64,000 nucleotides of DNA from Escherichia coli. Its GTDB lineage: Bacteria > Pseudomonadota > Gammaproteobacteria > Enterobacterales > Enterobacteriaceae. The stretch's first letter is position 1. Every line of letters starts with the position of its first letter. The DNA lies in assembly GCF_044324875.1 (NCBI RefSeq), contig NZ_CP172185.1. One strand, written 5' to 3'. This document shows positions 1-9,105 of the stretch, in pieces. The notes under the pieces are model-generated. The model was not told where the DNA came from, searched no databases, and worked only from the letters and a program-made list of their open reading frames with translations. A program made the translations under genes and the position numbers.

Positions 1-1199
1 CCGTGCTGCCGGTGGCGCTCTGGCATGTGAAGCGGATTGGTTGTGTGTTTATATTCATGTGTGCTGCGCGGATGTTGCGCCACACACTGCCCCTTGTGCC
101 AGAGCTGTACCACCGACTGCCCCGCCTTCAGTGACAGACGCTGACCGACCAGTTCGTGTGGAACGGAGTACCAGTGACGGGCATATTCAACGTGGTAGTC
201 AGGGCCAACCTTCACAGCTTTGTATTCCGTGTATTCATAAGGTGCCAGAGGCAGCGGAGAGAGTGCTGGCGCATCCAGTATGCGGAAGCGTTCTGCACGG
301 GTTTGATTGCCGTACCCCTTCATTGGCCGGTTATTCATGTCTGTCAGTAACTCCCTAAGGCGCGCATTCAGCGCCCTGAGCGTGTGGAAGGTTTCATTAC
401 GGATGCGGGCAAGAAGCCATCGTTCAACGATGAGGACGCCGTTTTCTGCTTTTGGTTTATCTTTAGGTTTGCGTGGTCGGGCCGGGATGATAACCGTGCC
501 ATAGTGCTCAGCCAGTGCCTGATAACTGTCGTTGATGACAGGCTCATATCGATCGGCCTTTTTCACTGCGCTTCTGAGGTTATCGGGGATGAGCAGCTTC
601 GGTACGCCGCCCAGGAAGGTCAGGCAACGGCTGTGGGCATTTAACCATGACATCATGTCCTGACCTTCGCACGCTTCAACGTAGGTATAGTTGGACGCCC
701 CCATTACGGCCACGAAGATTGCCACGCGGCGTATCTCACCGGTGTCCGGATTAATAACAGGAACCGTAGGACCACAGAAGTCGATAAAAAGCTTTTCGCC
801 GGCACGATGCTCCTGGCGCATGGAGAGACGTCGCGTTTTTTTCCACTCCCGGTAGCAACGGCAGAAGTGCGAGTATCCCATCGCTTTGTTACCCGCCTGT
901 GCCTTGTATTCCATCCACAACAGTTGCCGCGTCACACCTGGTTTTCTCATTTCCGTATCGAAGTACAACATGTCAGGCATTACAAGCTCTGATGCAAAGG
1001 TGTCTTTGGGCGGAAAAATGAGTTTCTCCAGCGTGTCATGGGATATATCAGCAGGTAATGGCCATGACAGAGAAGAGGCTTTGAAGCGGGCAAGAACCTC
1101 AAAAACGGTTGAGGCGCTGATGTGTAACGTCAGTCCGATACAACGGTTAGTCAGCTTCTTGTCGAACTTGAGCTGAAGGATCTTAAAACAGGTTTCCAT
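1..1199 (-). CDS. istA: IS21-family transposase IstA, N-terminal 399 codons; the ORF continues past the left window edge
   Basis: Hand translation of the minus strand from ATG at 1199 gives METCFKILQLKFDKKLTNRCIGLTLHISASTVFEVLARF...GEKLFIDFCGP...FVAVMGASNYTYVEA...LIPDNLRSAV...RPRKPKDKPKAENGV...HMPERHRQH with no stop through base 1. Missing from the ORF track because it has no in-window stop. HTH plus DDE layout typical of IstA. Confidence 0.8.
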   Translation of the reverse strand, partial: METCFKILQLKFDKKLTNRCIGLTLHISASTVFEVLARFKASSLSWPLPADISHDTLEKLIFPPKDTFASELVMPDMLYFDTEMRKPGVTRQLLWMEYKAQAGNKAMGYSHFCRCYREWKKTRRLSMRQEHRAGEKLFIDFCGPTVPVINPDTGEIRRVAIFVAVMGASNYTYVEACEGQDMMSWLNAHSRCLTFLGGVPKLLIPDNLRSAVKKADRYEPVINDSYQALAEHYGTVIIPARPRKPKDKPKAENGVLIVERWLLARIRNETFHTLRALNARLRELLTDMNNRPMKGYGNQTRAERFRILDAPALSPLPLAPYEYTEYKAVKVGPDYHVEYARHWYSVPHELVGQRLSLKAGQSVVQLWHKGQCVAQHPRSTHEYKHTTNPLHMPERHRQH

Positions 1200-1303
1200 A
1201 GTGCTCCTGGATTTTCTCTTTCTGGACATTGACGTCTCCACTGGTTTAAACACGGCAATGGAGACTGTGGTGAAAAGAGTTAATTCCCGGAGTGACTGGC
1301 AGG

Positions 1304-1431
1304 ATGCCAATCAATGATCGGAAGCATGCCAAATCGTGATCGATTGTGATGCCAAACTGTGATCGGAGATGGATGCCAAATCATGATCGATTCGAATGCC
1401 AAACTGCGATCGATTCAGATGCCATTTTGCA
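1304..1431. repeat. Multiple terminal repeats of the IS21-family end (about 6 copies of ATGCCAAAynnTGATCGaTT, spaced about 23 bp)
   Basis: Copies read at about 1304, 1325, 1348, 1372, 1395 and 1418. IS21-family ends are known to carry multiple transposase-binding repeats. Confidence 0.7.
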
Positions 1432-1569
1432 GTTCCCCGTTCTTTACATTCAGGCACTTCCGTTTCCTTTAACGTTTTCGTTACTCTCTGAAGCTTGTGG
1501 TATCTGTGATGGCTGATTCCTGCCGTCATACTGCGAAATTCCGGATATCAGACCGTGGAGGATTCTGCC

Positions 1570-2142
1570 ATGCAACGCTGGTTTCTGCCTTTTCTTTCGA
1601 CTCTGTTGCTGTTACAGGGTTGTGTTGCCGCTGCGCTGGTCGGTACGGCTGCTGTGGGTACTAAAGTGTCAGTGGACCCCCGAAGTGCTGGAACGCAGAT
1701 TGATGATGAAATTCTGGAAGCAAGGGTCAGCCGTGTGCTGTCGAAGGACTCACAACTCAGGGGGGATGCGCGAATCATCGTCACAGCATACCAGGGCACT
1801 GTACTGCTGACAGGGCAGGTACCAGACCGTAGTGAAGGTGAAAAAGCCCGTCAGATTGCAGATGGTGTTGAGGGGACTGTGCAGGTATGGAATGAAATAA
1901 GGACGGGAAAACCACTTCGTGCTGATAAAACAGCTACTGATGCGTGGCTGACCACAAAAATCCGGGCACAGTTACTGAAGAGCAGCAGGGTGAAACTGTC
2001 AGATGTTAAGGTACTGACGGAGAATGGTGAAGTCTTTCTTATGGGGAGAGTTACAGAGAAGGAAGGACAGGCTGCAGCTGATATCGCCAGTCGCGTGGCG
2101 GGGGTGAAACACGTCATCACCGCATTCAGTTATATACGCTGA
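1570..2142 (+). CDS. DolP/YraP-like dual-BON-domain lipoprotein (accessory paralogue)
   Basis: GGAGGA 7 nt upstream of ATG 1570. Lipobox LLLQGC. Collinear with E. coli YraP as I remember it (QGCVAAA.VGTAAVGTK...DPRS.GTQ.DD...TAYQG.VLL.GQ...ENGEVFLMG.VTE.E...AADIASRV.GVK.V..AF). Confidence 0.8.
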   Translation: MQRWFLPFLSTLLLLQGCVAAALVGTAAVGTKVSVDPRSAGTQIDDEILEARVSRVLSKDSQLRGDARIIVTAYQGTVLLTGQVPDRSEGEKARQIADGVEGTVQVWNEIRTGKPLRADKTATDAWLTTKIRAQLLKSSRVKLSDVKVLTENGEVFLMGRVTEKEGQAAADIASRVAGVKHVITAFSYIR

Positions 2143-2149
2143 GTATGGA

Positions 2150-2176
2150 GAGCCCGTTCGTTCGGGCTCTGTATTT
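2150..2176. terminator. Bidirectional stem-loop between convergent genes
   Basis: GAGCCCG-ttcgtt-CGGGCTC followed by tgtattt. Sits between the stop at 2142 (+) and the stop at 2189 (-). Confidence 0.6.
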
Positions 2177-2188
2177 AGCTTCATTCGT

Positions 2189-2542
2189 TCATCCCTGGCG
2201 TTGCCAGGTGGCACTTCCGTTCTTACAGTCAACGCTCACACGGTACTGAATATCTGCTTTCTTTCCACGGGCAGTGAGATGCACTGTGATGACATTATCA
2301 CCTTTATTTACCGGCTCACGAAGATTCACCCAGACAACGGGACGCTGCTGACCGAGAATTTCCTGGTCATCTTTCCACTGAAACACCTGTTTCTGGAGAT
2401 AGTCCCGTTTGACGCTGGCTGCAACAGCTGATGCTTCCTGTCCTTCACATCGTGGAAAACTGACGGTTCTGTTTTTTTCAGCGGCCAGTGATGATGCGCA
2501 GATACCGAAGATGAGCAGAATGGAAGAGAGTGCTTTGTTCAT
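2189..2542 (-). CDS. YebF-family secreted protein (paralogue)
   Basis: Signal peptide ending SLAAE. Matches the remembered YebF pattern: VSFPRCEG...AASVKRDY.Q..V..W.DDQ.I.GQ..PV.WV.L...RGK.ADI.Y.VSVDCK.G. Confidence 0.75.
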   Translation of the reverse strand: MNKALSSILLIFGICASSLAAEKNRTVSFPRCEGQEASAVAASVKRDYLQKQVFQWKDDQEILGQQRPVVWVNLREPVNKGDNVITVHLTARGKKADIQYRVSVDCKNGSATWQRQG

Positions 2543-2857
2543 TTACAGGACCTCCACAGGGGATAGTTTCATTGCGGAGTTACATTTTAACAACGTAAAA
2601 CAGCATTTCCCGTAACAATCCTCACATAACGTCTTATCCCGTCACTTCCCGTTTCACATGGACAGAACAGTCTGTTTTTTAACCCGTTTTTTCAGTCATT
2701 TCCATAAACAAATCTTCGCTGACGATAAATCTTTTTTCTGCTTAATGATCGATTTTGTCGATCGATACGATATGTACAATTCATTTTACCAATGAGAAAT
2801 CCGTCTTAAAATTGGACAAATTCATATGTCTGAAGGAAACATCAGGAGAGGTGGATT

Positions 2858-3601
2858 GTGAAAAAGTTACTGGCACTCACTGCGGTAGCTGCGCTTACCG
2901 GTACGTTTTCAACGCTGACGCTGGCAGATGCGGATAAAACCGGTTTCTATATCACGGGTAAGGCTGGTGCATCTGTTATCACTCAGGATAATCAGCGCTT
3001 TAGTCAGGACTTTGGGGATGATGTTTATAAGTATAAAGGCGGTGACAAGAGCGATACGGTTTTTGGTGCTGGCCTTGCGGTGGGATACGACTTTTATCAG
3101 CACTACAATGTCCCTGTACGCACGGAAGTTGAATTCTATGGTCGCGGCTCTGCGAATTCCCGCTATCCACTGGATACATGGGAGTCCCCATTTGGAGATA
3201 GTGGCCGGGAAGACACACAAAACAGGCTCAGCGTGAATACCCTGATGGTGAACACGTATTATGATTTCCGAAACAGCAGTGCTTTCACTCCGTGGGTATC
3301 AGCCGGACTGGGCTATGCGCGGGTACATCATAAGGCAACATACACCGATACCTACTGGAATAAATCAGGCGAAGTAAGTACTTCTGCATTACATTACTCG
3401 GGATATGATAACAATTTCGCATGGAGCCTTGGTGTTGGCGTGAAATATGATGTCACTCCGGATTTCAGTCTTGACCTTGCTTATCGCTATCTTGATGCAG
3501 GTGATTCAACCCTGACGTATAAAGACGGGCAGGATACATATAAATCCTCTGTTGATGTCAGAAGTAACGAATTTACGTTAGGCGCTACATACAGCTTCTG
3601 A
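2858..3601 (+). CDS. tia: Tia/Hek/PagN-type 8-stranded outer-membrane beta-barrel adhesin/invasin
   Basis: GTG start after AGGAGAGG. Signal peptide ...LTLADA. Alternating aromatic beta-strand pattern and C-terminal ...LGATYSF. Lies next to leoCBA, as in the ETEC tia island (from memory). Confidence 0.6.
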   Translation: MKKLLALTAVAALTGTFSTLTLADADKTGFYITGKAGASVITQDNQRFSQDFGDDVYKYKGGDKSDTVFGAGLAVGYDFYQHYNVPVRTEVEFYGRGSANSRYPLDTWESPFGDSGREDTQNRLSVNTLMVNTYYDFRNSSAFTPWVSAGLGYARVHHKATYTDTYWNKSGEVSTSALHYSGYDNNFAWSLGVGVKYDVTPDFSLDLAYRYLDAGDSTLTYKDGQDTYKSSVDVRSNEFTLGATYSF

Positions 3602-3612
3602 ATGTAATATCT

Positions 3613-3660
3613 GACTACACGTTGTTAAATTCAAAATCGCAGCGTGTAGTCTGATTTGAT
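3613..3660 (+). terminator. Stem-loop downstream of tia
   Basis: GACTACACG (3613-3621) pairs with CGTGTAGTC (3643-3651), followed by tgatttgat. The loop is long (21 nt), so confidence is moderate. Confidence 0.4.
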
Positions 3661-3687
3661 AGTTTAATACAACAGACAGGTACCTTC

Positions 3688-3882
3688 ATGGCACTTCCTC
3701 AGCCCCCGGTTACGTTCATTTGTACCAGATGTAAGTGGCGTAAAACCATTGTCCATATGGGATGTACTACTGGATTTTCACATTGTCCTCAATGTGGCAG
3801 TAATTCGGTAAAACGGGAAAATGCTGGTGTTGTTACTTCATTATTTTCCTCCCTTTCATCCGTTTTCATGAAAAAATCCTGA
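3688..3882 (+). CDS. Small zinc-ribbon protein (CxxC...CxxC), function unknown
   Basis: 64 aa with CTRC...CPQC. Same strand as leoC and about 100 bp upstream of it. Confidence 0.45.
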   Translation: MALPQPPVTFICTRCKWRKTIVHMGCTTGFSHCPQCGSNSVKRENAGVVTSLFSSLSSVFMKKS

Positions 3883-3983
3883 CTGCTGTTATTTTTATAT
3901 TGCTGGTACTTTATTAAAATCCGCTAAGGTTTTGTATCAGAAATAATTCTCAGACAGTAATCGTCATTCCATTCCGGGGATTT

Positions 3984-4652
3984 ATGAATACGAAAGAACA
4001 ATTCAACCAGCTTTATGATGATATCAGTAATCAGATACGCCAGACTGTGAATGATATTTCGCAACTGAGTGTTGAGAATGAAAAAGGACAGATACATCTC
4101 AATAAAATACGGGAACAACTACAGGCATTACATGATAACTTCAATCATAAGCTGGATTACCTGAAGGAGCATGCCGAATGGGACAGGTTTACTGTCGCTT
4201 TTTTTGGCGAAACGAATGCTGGTAAAAGTACCATAATTGAGTCGTTGAGAATATTATTTGATGAAACAACCCGTCGTGAATTCCTGAATAATAATCAAAA
4301 AGATTTACAAAAGTCAGAACAGGAGTTAAGTAAAAACCTGGAACAGTTAAGCCATGATTTGGAATGCGTTTATGGTGATATTGTCGATAAATTCCGTGAC
4401 ATTAGTTTGTCTGTCATGCAGTTACGACAAATTGTTGCTGATGAGAGCGCATTACGTATAAAAATGGAAGAAGATGAAAAGAATGCCCGTCTCCTTACAG
4501 AACAGAATGAAAGTCAGGCCCGGCTGAATATTTTACAGCAACAGACGAATACCAAAGCACGTTTCAGATTATTTGTGACGGCAATTATCAGCATGATTGT
4601 GGGAGGATGTGGATTTCTGTTGCTGAATCAAGTATTCGGGAGCTTACAATGA
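3984..4652 (+). CDS. leoC: LeoC-like dynamin fragment: G1 P-loop, coiled coil and a C-terminal TM helix
   Basis: FFGETNAGKSTIIESL (G1), a long coiled coil, then FRLFVTAIISMIVGGCGFLLL. The stop overlaps the leoB start (ATGA at 4649-4652). Confidence 0.7.
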   Translation: MNTKEQFNQLYDDISNQIRQTVNDISQLSVENEKGQIHLNKIREQLQALHDNFNHKLDYLKEHAEWDRFTVAFFGETNAGKSTIIESLRILFDETTRREFLNNNQKDLQKSEQELSKNLEQLSHDLECVYGDIVDKFRDISLSVMQLRQIVADESALRIKMEEDEKNARLLTEQNESQARLNILQQQTNTKARFRLFVTAIISMIVGGCGFLLLNQVFGSLQ

Positions 4653-6373
4653 GTAATATTCCATGTTCTGCAGATAATAATCCGGAAAAATATCCGGAAA
4701 CTGTCTGTCAGGAATATAATTGCACAGGCGGCGCGGATGATATCAGGTTCTTTTTTAAAAAAAGTCTGGAGCGTACTGTTAGTTCCGTTATCCGGACCGA
4801 AACATTAAGAAATACTGCAAAACGTGTGGATGGCCTGATCATCGGAACCGGTGAGGCTGATTTTACCAAAGACAACACACACTATAATTTACGCATTGAC
4901 GATAAAGATTTTCAGTTGATTGATGTTCCGGGTATTGAAGGTAATGAAACCTGCTACACACATCTTGTTAAAAAAGCCATTGCGCAGGCTCATCTGGTGG
5001 TTTACGTCAACGGTACCAATAAAAAGCCTGAAACAAGCACCGCAAAGAAGATCAAATCTTATCTGGAATATGGCACTCAGGTTTATCCGTTGATCAATGT
5101 ACGCGGTTATTCTGATGACTATGAATTTGAGGAAGATCGTGTCGCTCTCGAACAACAGGGTAGGGGCGGTGAGGCTTTATGCCAGACTGTTGGGGTGCTC
5201 GCTTCCGTATTAGGGGCGGATGTGTTGCTGAATGGGAACTGTGTACAGGGATTACTGGCATTTTCAGCGTTGGCTTATGACGACAATACACACAGAACAA
5301 CCATTCATCCGTTACGTGATCGAAATCTGGCGGTATATCAACGTGGTTTTTTTAATGTATTTCCTTCCCGTCAGGAAATGCTGACATTCAGCCAGATTGA
5401 TGCCGTCGCTCAGACAATTAAAAATAAGGTCGCAACGTTCCGTGAGGATATTATCGAAAGTAATAAATATAAAGTTCGTGAGACTCTGGATCAATACTTA
5501 CAGGTACTTGAAGAGCAATTAAACAGCCATCACTGCTTTTTACAAAAGACAATACCGGAATTTGAAAAATGCCGGACTGCGTTCAAAAATGCGACTGGTG
5601 AATTTGAACGCCGTATTGCGAACAGTCGTCGCAATCGCTGGAATAGCCTTTTTAATGACCTAGGGAATGCCTGTGATGGTATTGTCGAACATAATTTTGG
5701 TGACAGCAGTGCTATTTCCACACTGATACGTAATGAGTATGAAAAGCGCCGTAAAATGATGGAACAAATGATGCAGGAGGATACTGAAGAGAGTGTAAAG
5801 GTATTACAAGAGCAAACTCTTCAGGCGGTAAATCGTTTGCTGGAAGATATTCACAATGTGGAACTTCAACACCCCCTCAGTTTTGCTAACAGCCGCAGCA
5901 TCGAGTTTAGTGGAGAGATGGTACCTGGTTACGAGCTGGGGATGGCTGATTTCAGTTCAATGGTTTTAAAAATTGGCAGCTATGCAATGTCAGGCAGTGC
6001 AATTGGCAGCATCTTTCCCGTTATTGGTACGCTTGTTGGCTCTGCGGTTGGTGCGTTGCTTGGCATAATAATGACTATTGCGGGTATTTTTACCAGTAAA
6101 GCGTCAAAAATCCGCAAAGCACAAGGAAAAATACGCAACAAGCTGGAGGAAGTGCGGGATAAATCTCTCTGCAGCATACCTGATGAAACCCGCCTCCTGG
6201 TTGCAGCTATTGAAAAAGAACTTGAGTGTGGCCTGCTGCAAAAACTCAACGATATGCAGGTGGATCTGCAACAGCCTGTTGCCATATTCGAAACTCAAAT
6301 CAGTCGAATCACAACATTAAAGAAACAATTGGAGAAAATGCCTTATGGAACAATTCAAACAGTTCAGTATTGA
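4649..6373 (+). CDS. leoB: LeoB-like bacterial dynamin-like protein lacking its own P-loop
   Basis: The internal ATG at 4649 is coupled to the leoC stop. DVPGIEG (G3) is present but no GxxxxGK[ST]. A hydrophobic paddle (GSAIGSIFPVIGTLVGSAVGALLGIIMTIAGIF) lies near the C-terminus. Confidence 0.7.
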   Translation: MSNIPCSADNNPEKYPETVCQEYNCTGGADDIRFFFKKSLERTVSSVIRTETLRNTAKRVDGLIIGTGEADFTKDNTHYNLRIDDKDFQLIDVPGIEGNETCYTHLVKKAIAQAHLVVYVNGTNKKPETSTAKKIKSYLEYGTQVYPLINVRGYSDDYEFEEDRVALEQQGRGGEALCQTVGVLASVLGADVLLNGNCVQGLLAFSALAYDDNTHRTTIHPLRDRNLAVYQRGFFNVFPSRQEMLTFSQIDAVAQTIKNKVATFREDIIESNKYKVRETLDQYLQVLEEQLNSHHCFLQKTIPEFEKCRTAFKNATGEFERRIANSRRNRWNSLFNDLGNACDGIVEHNFGDSSAISTLIRNEYEKRRKMMEQMMQEDTEESVKVLQEQTLQAVNRLLEDIHNVELQHPLSFANSRSIEFSGEMVPGYELGMADFSSMVLKIGSYAMSGSAIGSIFPVIGTLVGSAVGALLGIIMTIAGIFTSKASKIRKAQGKIRNKLEEVRDKSLCSIPDETRLLVAAIEKELECGLLQKLNDMQVDLQQPVAIFETQISRITTLKKQLEKMPYGTIQTVQY

Positions 6374-8078
6374 AAAACTGGCTGCGATTAATTCGCTATC
6401 ACAGTTGCGCGGAATGTTAGAAATGTTGGGAGATTTGGGGATAGACATCAGTGACGATTTACAAAAAATTACTTATGCAATTAATTCCATCGAATCTGAT
6501 GTTCTGCGTATTGCTTTGTTGGGGGCGTTTTCTGATGGCAAAACCAGCGTTATCGCTGCATGGATGGGTAAGATAATGGATGATATGAATATTTCCATGG
6601 ATGAGTCCTCTGATCGGTTGAGTATTTACAAACCGGAAGGTCTGCCAGACCAGTGTGAAATTGTTGATACACCCGGGCTGTTTGGTGATAAAGAGCGTGA
6701 GGTGGACGGGAAACAGGTGATGTATGAAGACCTGACCAAACGCTATATATCTGAAGCTCATCTGATTTTATACGTGGTTGATGCCACTAACCCGCTAAAG
6801 GAGAGCCACAACGACATCGTAAAATGGGTATTGCGCGATTTGAATAAACTCTCTTCAACCATTTTTGTTATCAATAAAATGGATGAAGTGACTGATCTGA
6901 CAGAGCAGGCGCTGTTTGACGAGCAGGCAGCAATTAAAAAGGCGAATCTTAAAGGTAAATTGCAGCGTGCAGCTGCTCTTACCGCTCAGGAGTGTGATCA
7001 GCTAAATATCGTCTGCATTGCTTCAAACCCAAACGGTCGTGGCTTAACGTACTGGTTTGATAAACCAGAACATTATGAAAGTCGTTCGCGCATTAACGAT
7101 CTTAAAAATGCTGCCACCGACATACTGAAAACTAATGTGCCAGAGGTATTGTTAGCGAAAACAGGTATGGACGTGGTGAAAGATATTGTCATTCAGCGTG
7201 CCACCCAGGCAAGCAGACAGTTCGATGAACTGAATCTGTTTGTTGAGAAGAATGACGAGGACATGTGTCGTTTTCAGAACGACATTAAGCAAAGTCGCAT
7301 TGAGGTTAAACGGCTGGCCGGAGAGTTATTTGAAGAGCTGAACCTGATGGAAAAAAAGCTGATGAGTCAACTGCGTTCACTCGATCTGGACGATATCCGC
7401 CCGTTTATGGACGATGAGCTGGGATATACAGAAGATGGGGTTGGCTTTAAGCTTCATCTGCGCATTGAGCAGTCAGTTCATCGTTTTTTCGAACAGTCGA
7501 AAGCGGTCTCGCAACGCTTATCTGATGATATCACTTGTCAGTTGAGCTCCAGCGAGAGCTTTCTAAGTGGCTTAGGCGAAGGCGCATTTCGTTCTTTAGG
7601 CGGGACCTTTAAGGGAGTGTCGAAAATTAGTCCGGCGACGCTCAAAACGACTATTTTGACCGCACGCGATACGATTGGCAAACTAACGGGATATACCTAT
7701 AAATTTAAACCCTGGGAGGCCACGAAACTGGCCGGAAGCATTTCCAAATGGGCTGGTCCTGTGGGTGCAGTGTTTACGATTGGTTCTGATCTATGGGATG
7801 CCTATAAAGCACACGAGCGGGAGCAGGAGCTGAAAAAAGTAAAAGAATCGCTGGCGAAAATCATTAAAGAGCAGTTTGAATATATCTATGACGTACTGAG
7901 TTCTGATGAGAAAATATTCGCCTTTTTTGCACCGCAGATCCAAAAAATGGAGCAGGTTGTTACTGAGCTGGCAGAGAAAAGCCAGGCTATTCGCGACAAC
8001 CGGCAGAAACTGAGCATTATTCAGACGCAGCTTGCACAACTAATGGTTCCAGCCACAGAAAACCATACTGTCAGATAG
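6345..8078 (+). CDS. leoA: LeoA-like bacterial dynamin-like GTPase
   Basis: 577 aa. G1 GAFSDGKTS, G3 DTPGLFG, G4 INKMD. The length matches the LeoA I remember from ETEC H10407. Confidence 0.8.
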   Translation: MEQFKQFSIEKLAAINSLSQLRGMLEMLGDLGIDISDDLQKITYAINSIESDVLRIALLGAFSDGKTSVIAAWMGKIMDDMNISMDESSDRLSIYKPEGLPDQCEIVDTPGLFGDKEREVDGKQVMYEDLTKRYISEAHLILYVVDATNPLKESHNDIVKWVLRDLNKLSSTIFVINKMDEVTDLTEQALFDEQAAIKKANLKGKLQRAAALTAQECDQLNIVCIASNPNGRGLTYWFDKPEHYESRSRINDLKNAATDILKTNVPEVLLAKTGMDVVKDIVIQRATQASRQFDELNLFVEKNDEDMCRFQNDIKQSRIEVKRLAGELFEELNLMEKKLMSQLRSLDLDDIRPFMDDELGYTEDGVGFKLHLRIEQSVHRFFEQSKAVSQRLSDDITCQLSSSESFLSGLGEGAFRSLGGTFKGVSKISPATLKTTILTARDTIGKLTGYTYKFKPWEATKLAGSISKWAGPVGAVFTIGSDLWDAYKAHEREQELKKVKESLAKIIKEQFEYIYDVLSSDEKIFAFFAPQIQKMEQVVTELAEKSQAIRDNRQKLSIIQTQLAQLMVPATENHTVR

Positions 8079-8190
8079 ATGCATAATGCAGTTCCGTACA
8101 TCCGAATTTGAATAACGAATACTCTTTCAGAACTATCTGGATTGAAAGGATGCCTTCTGCTAATCATCGGAAATATGGCTTACTTAAGAC

Positions 8191-8400
8191 ATGAGGGATA
8201 AATCAGTGAGATTATTGTTAAAGGGACTGACTGGAATGGTTATGGCCTGGTTGGTGATCTATTTTGGTATGAAATTATTTTTTCTCACAGATCAGATTCA
8301 TCCGGCATTAAGAACTCTTGTCATGCTGGGGATGTTATTTATGTTGATAATGATTCCCTGTGTAATATGTGGTTCTTTTTTACGAAAGAGGCAGAAATGA
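8191..8400 (+). CDS. Small 2-TM membrane protein, unknown function
   Basis: 69 aa with two hydrophobic helices. AT-rich context. Confidence 0.4.
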   Translation: MRDKSVRLLLKGLTGMVMAWLVIYFGMKLFFLTDQIHPALRTLVMLGMLFMLIMIPCVICGSFLRKRQK

Positions 8401-8485
8401 TAATTCGTCCTGTAATAATGACGAATCAACAAGAAAAATTGATGCATAAGAATGATACATATACTTATCTGTATTAAAGGATGAT

Positions 8486-8971
8486 TTGATGAACATAAAA
8501 AATATTTTTCTGTTTCTTTTTTTTAGTTTATTAGCAGGTAATGCCTTTGCTGCTGCAACAGTGATGGGGTATTGTGAACTGAAGAATGGAAAAACGCTTT
8601 CTGTATGGGCTGGTGATAATGGAAGTTATAATTATACTTTATATGGCAAAAGTGGGACGACAGAGTTACAGCTAAAAGAAGGATTGTTTGGCGTCAGAGC
8701 TTTTCACTATTATCATTCCATACGTGATGGAGTGGGAGCGTTCAAGTACCTCCGGTTTAATAAAGGTGAATATGATTATGTTGTCATGTCGTATGAGGAT
8801 GGTCGTTCCCCCTATTTTGATGGTGTGATAGTATTCAGAAATGGAAACCGAATTGCTCGTCTCGAATGTGCCCATCCATTTACAGGAGCATTTTCTGTTG
8901 AAGAACTGGATGCAGGACATAATCAGGACAGTGAAGATATGGCTGAATATATTATGAGTAATTTTACCTGA
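8486..8971 (+). CDS. Secreted protein of unknown function
   Basis: Signal peptide ...AGNAFAAA. 161 aa. Confidence 0.55.
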   Translation: MMNIKNIFLFLFFSLLAGNAFAAATVMGYCELKNGKTLSVWAGDNGSYNYTLYGKSGTTELQLKEGLFGVRAFHYYHSIRDGVGAFKYLRFNKGEYDYVVMSYEDGRSPYFDGVIVFRNGNRIARLECAHPFTGAFSVEELDAGHNQDSEDMAEYIMSNFT

Positions 8972-9051
8972 ATATAATAAATTTAAATATATCAGAATAT
9001 TTTCTGACGATATTGCAATGAAAACTGAATATAATTTTCAGTGGATGAGAA

Positions 9052-9086
9052 AAACGGACTGATGAAATTATGGTTCTCAGTCCGTT
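9052..9086. terminator. Bidirectional terminator between convergent genes
   Basis: AACGGACTGA...TCAGTCCGTT stem flanked by an A-run (left) and a T-run (right). Confidence 0.6.
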
Positions 9087-9105
9087 TCATCATAAACTTT
9101 ATCAA

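Larger units (their letters stand above)
1..1431 (-). mobile_element. Left end of an IS21-family insertion sequence (truncated by the window)
   Basis: istA plus an upstream terminal region carrying multiple short direct repeats. The putative terminus lies near 1431 (reverse complement starts TGCAAAATGGCATC). The boundary is approximate (+/-10 bp). Confidence 0.65.

Noticed and set aside
1311-1529. 72-aa minus-strand ORF
   Set aside because: It lies within the IS21-family terminal repeat region, and its repetitive peptide (…DHDLASISDHSLASQSITIW…) reflects the DNA repeats.
2740-2775. GATCGATT-containing sequence (AATGATCGATTTTGTCGATCGATACGA) resembling the IS21-end repeats
   Set aside because: Only a short, partial resemblance with no adjacent transposase or second end. 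Insufficient to call an IS remnant.
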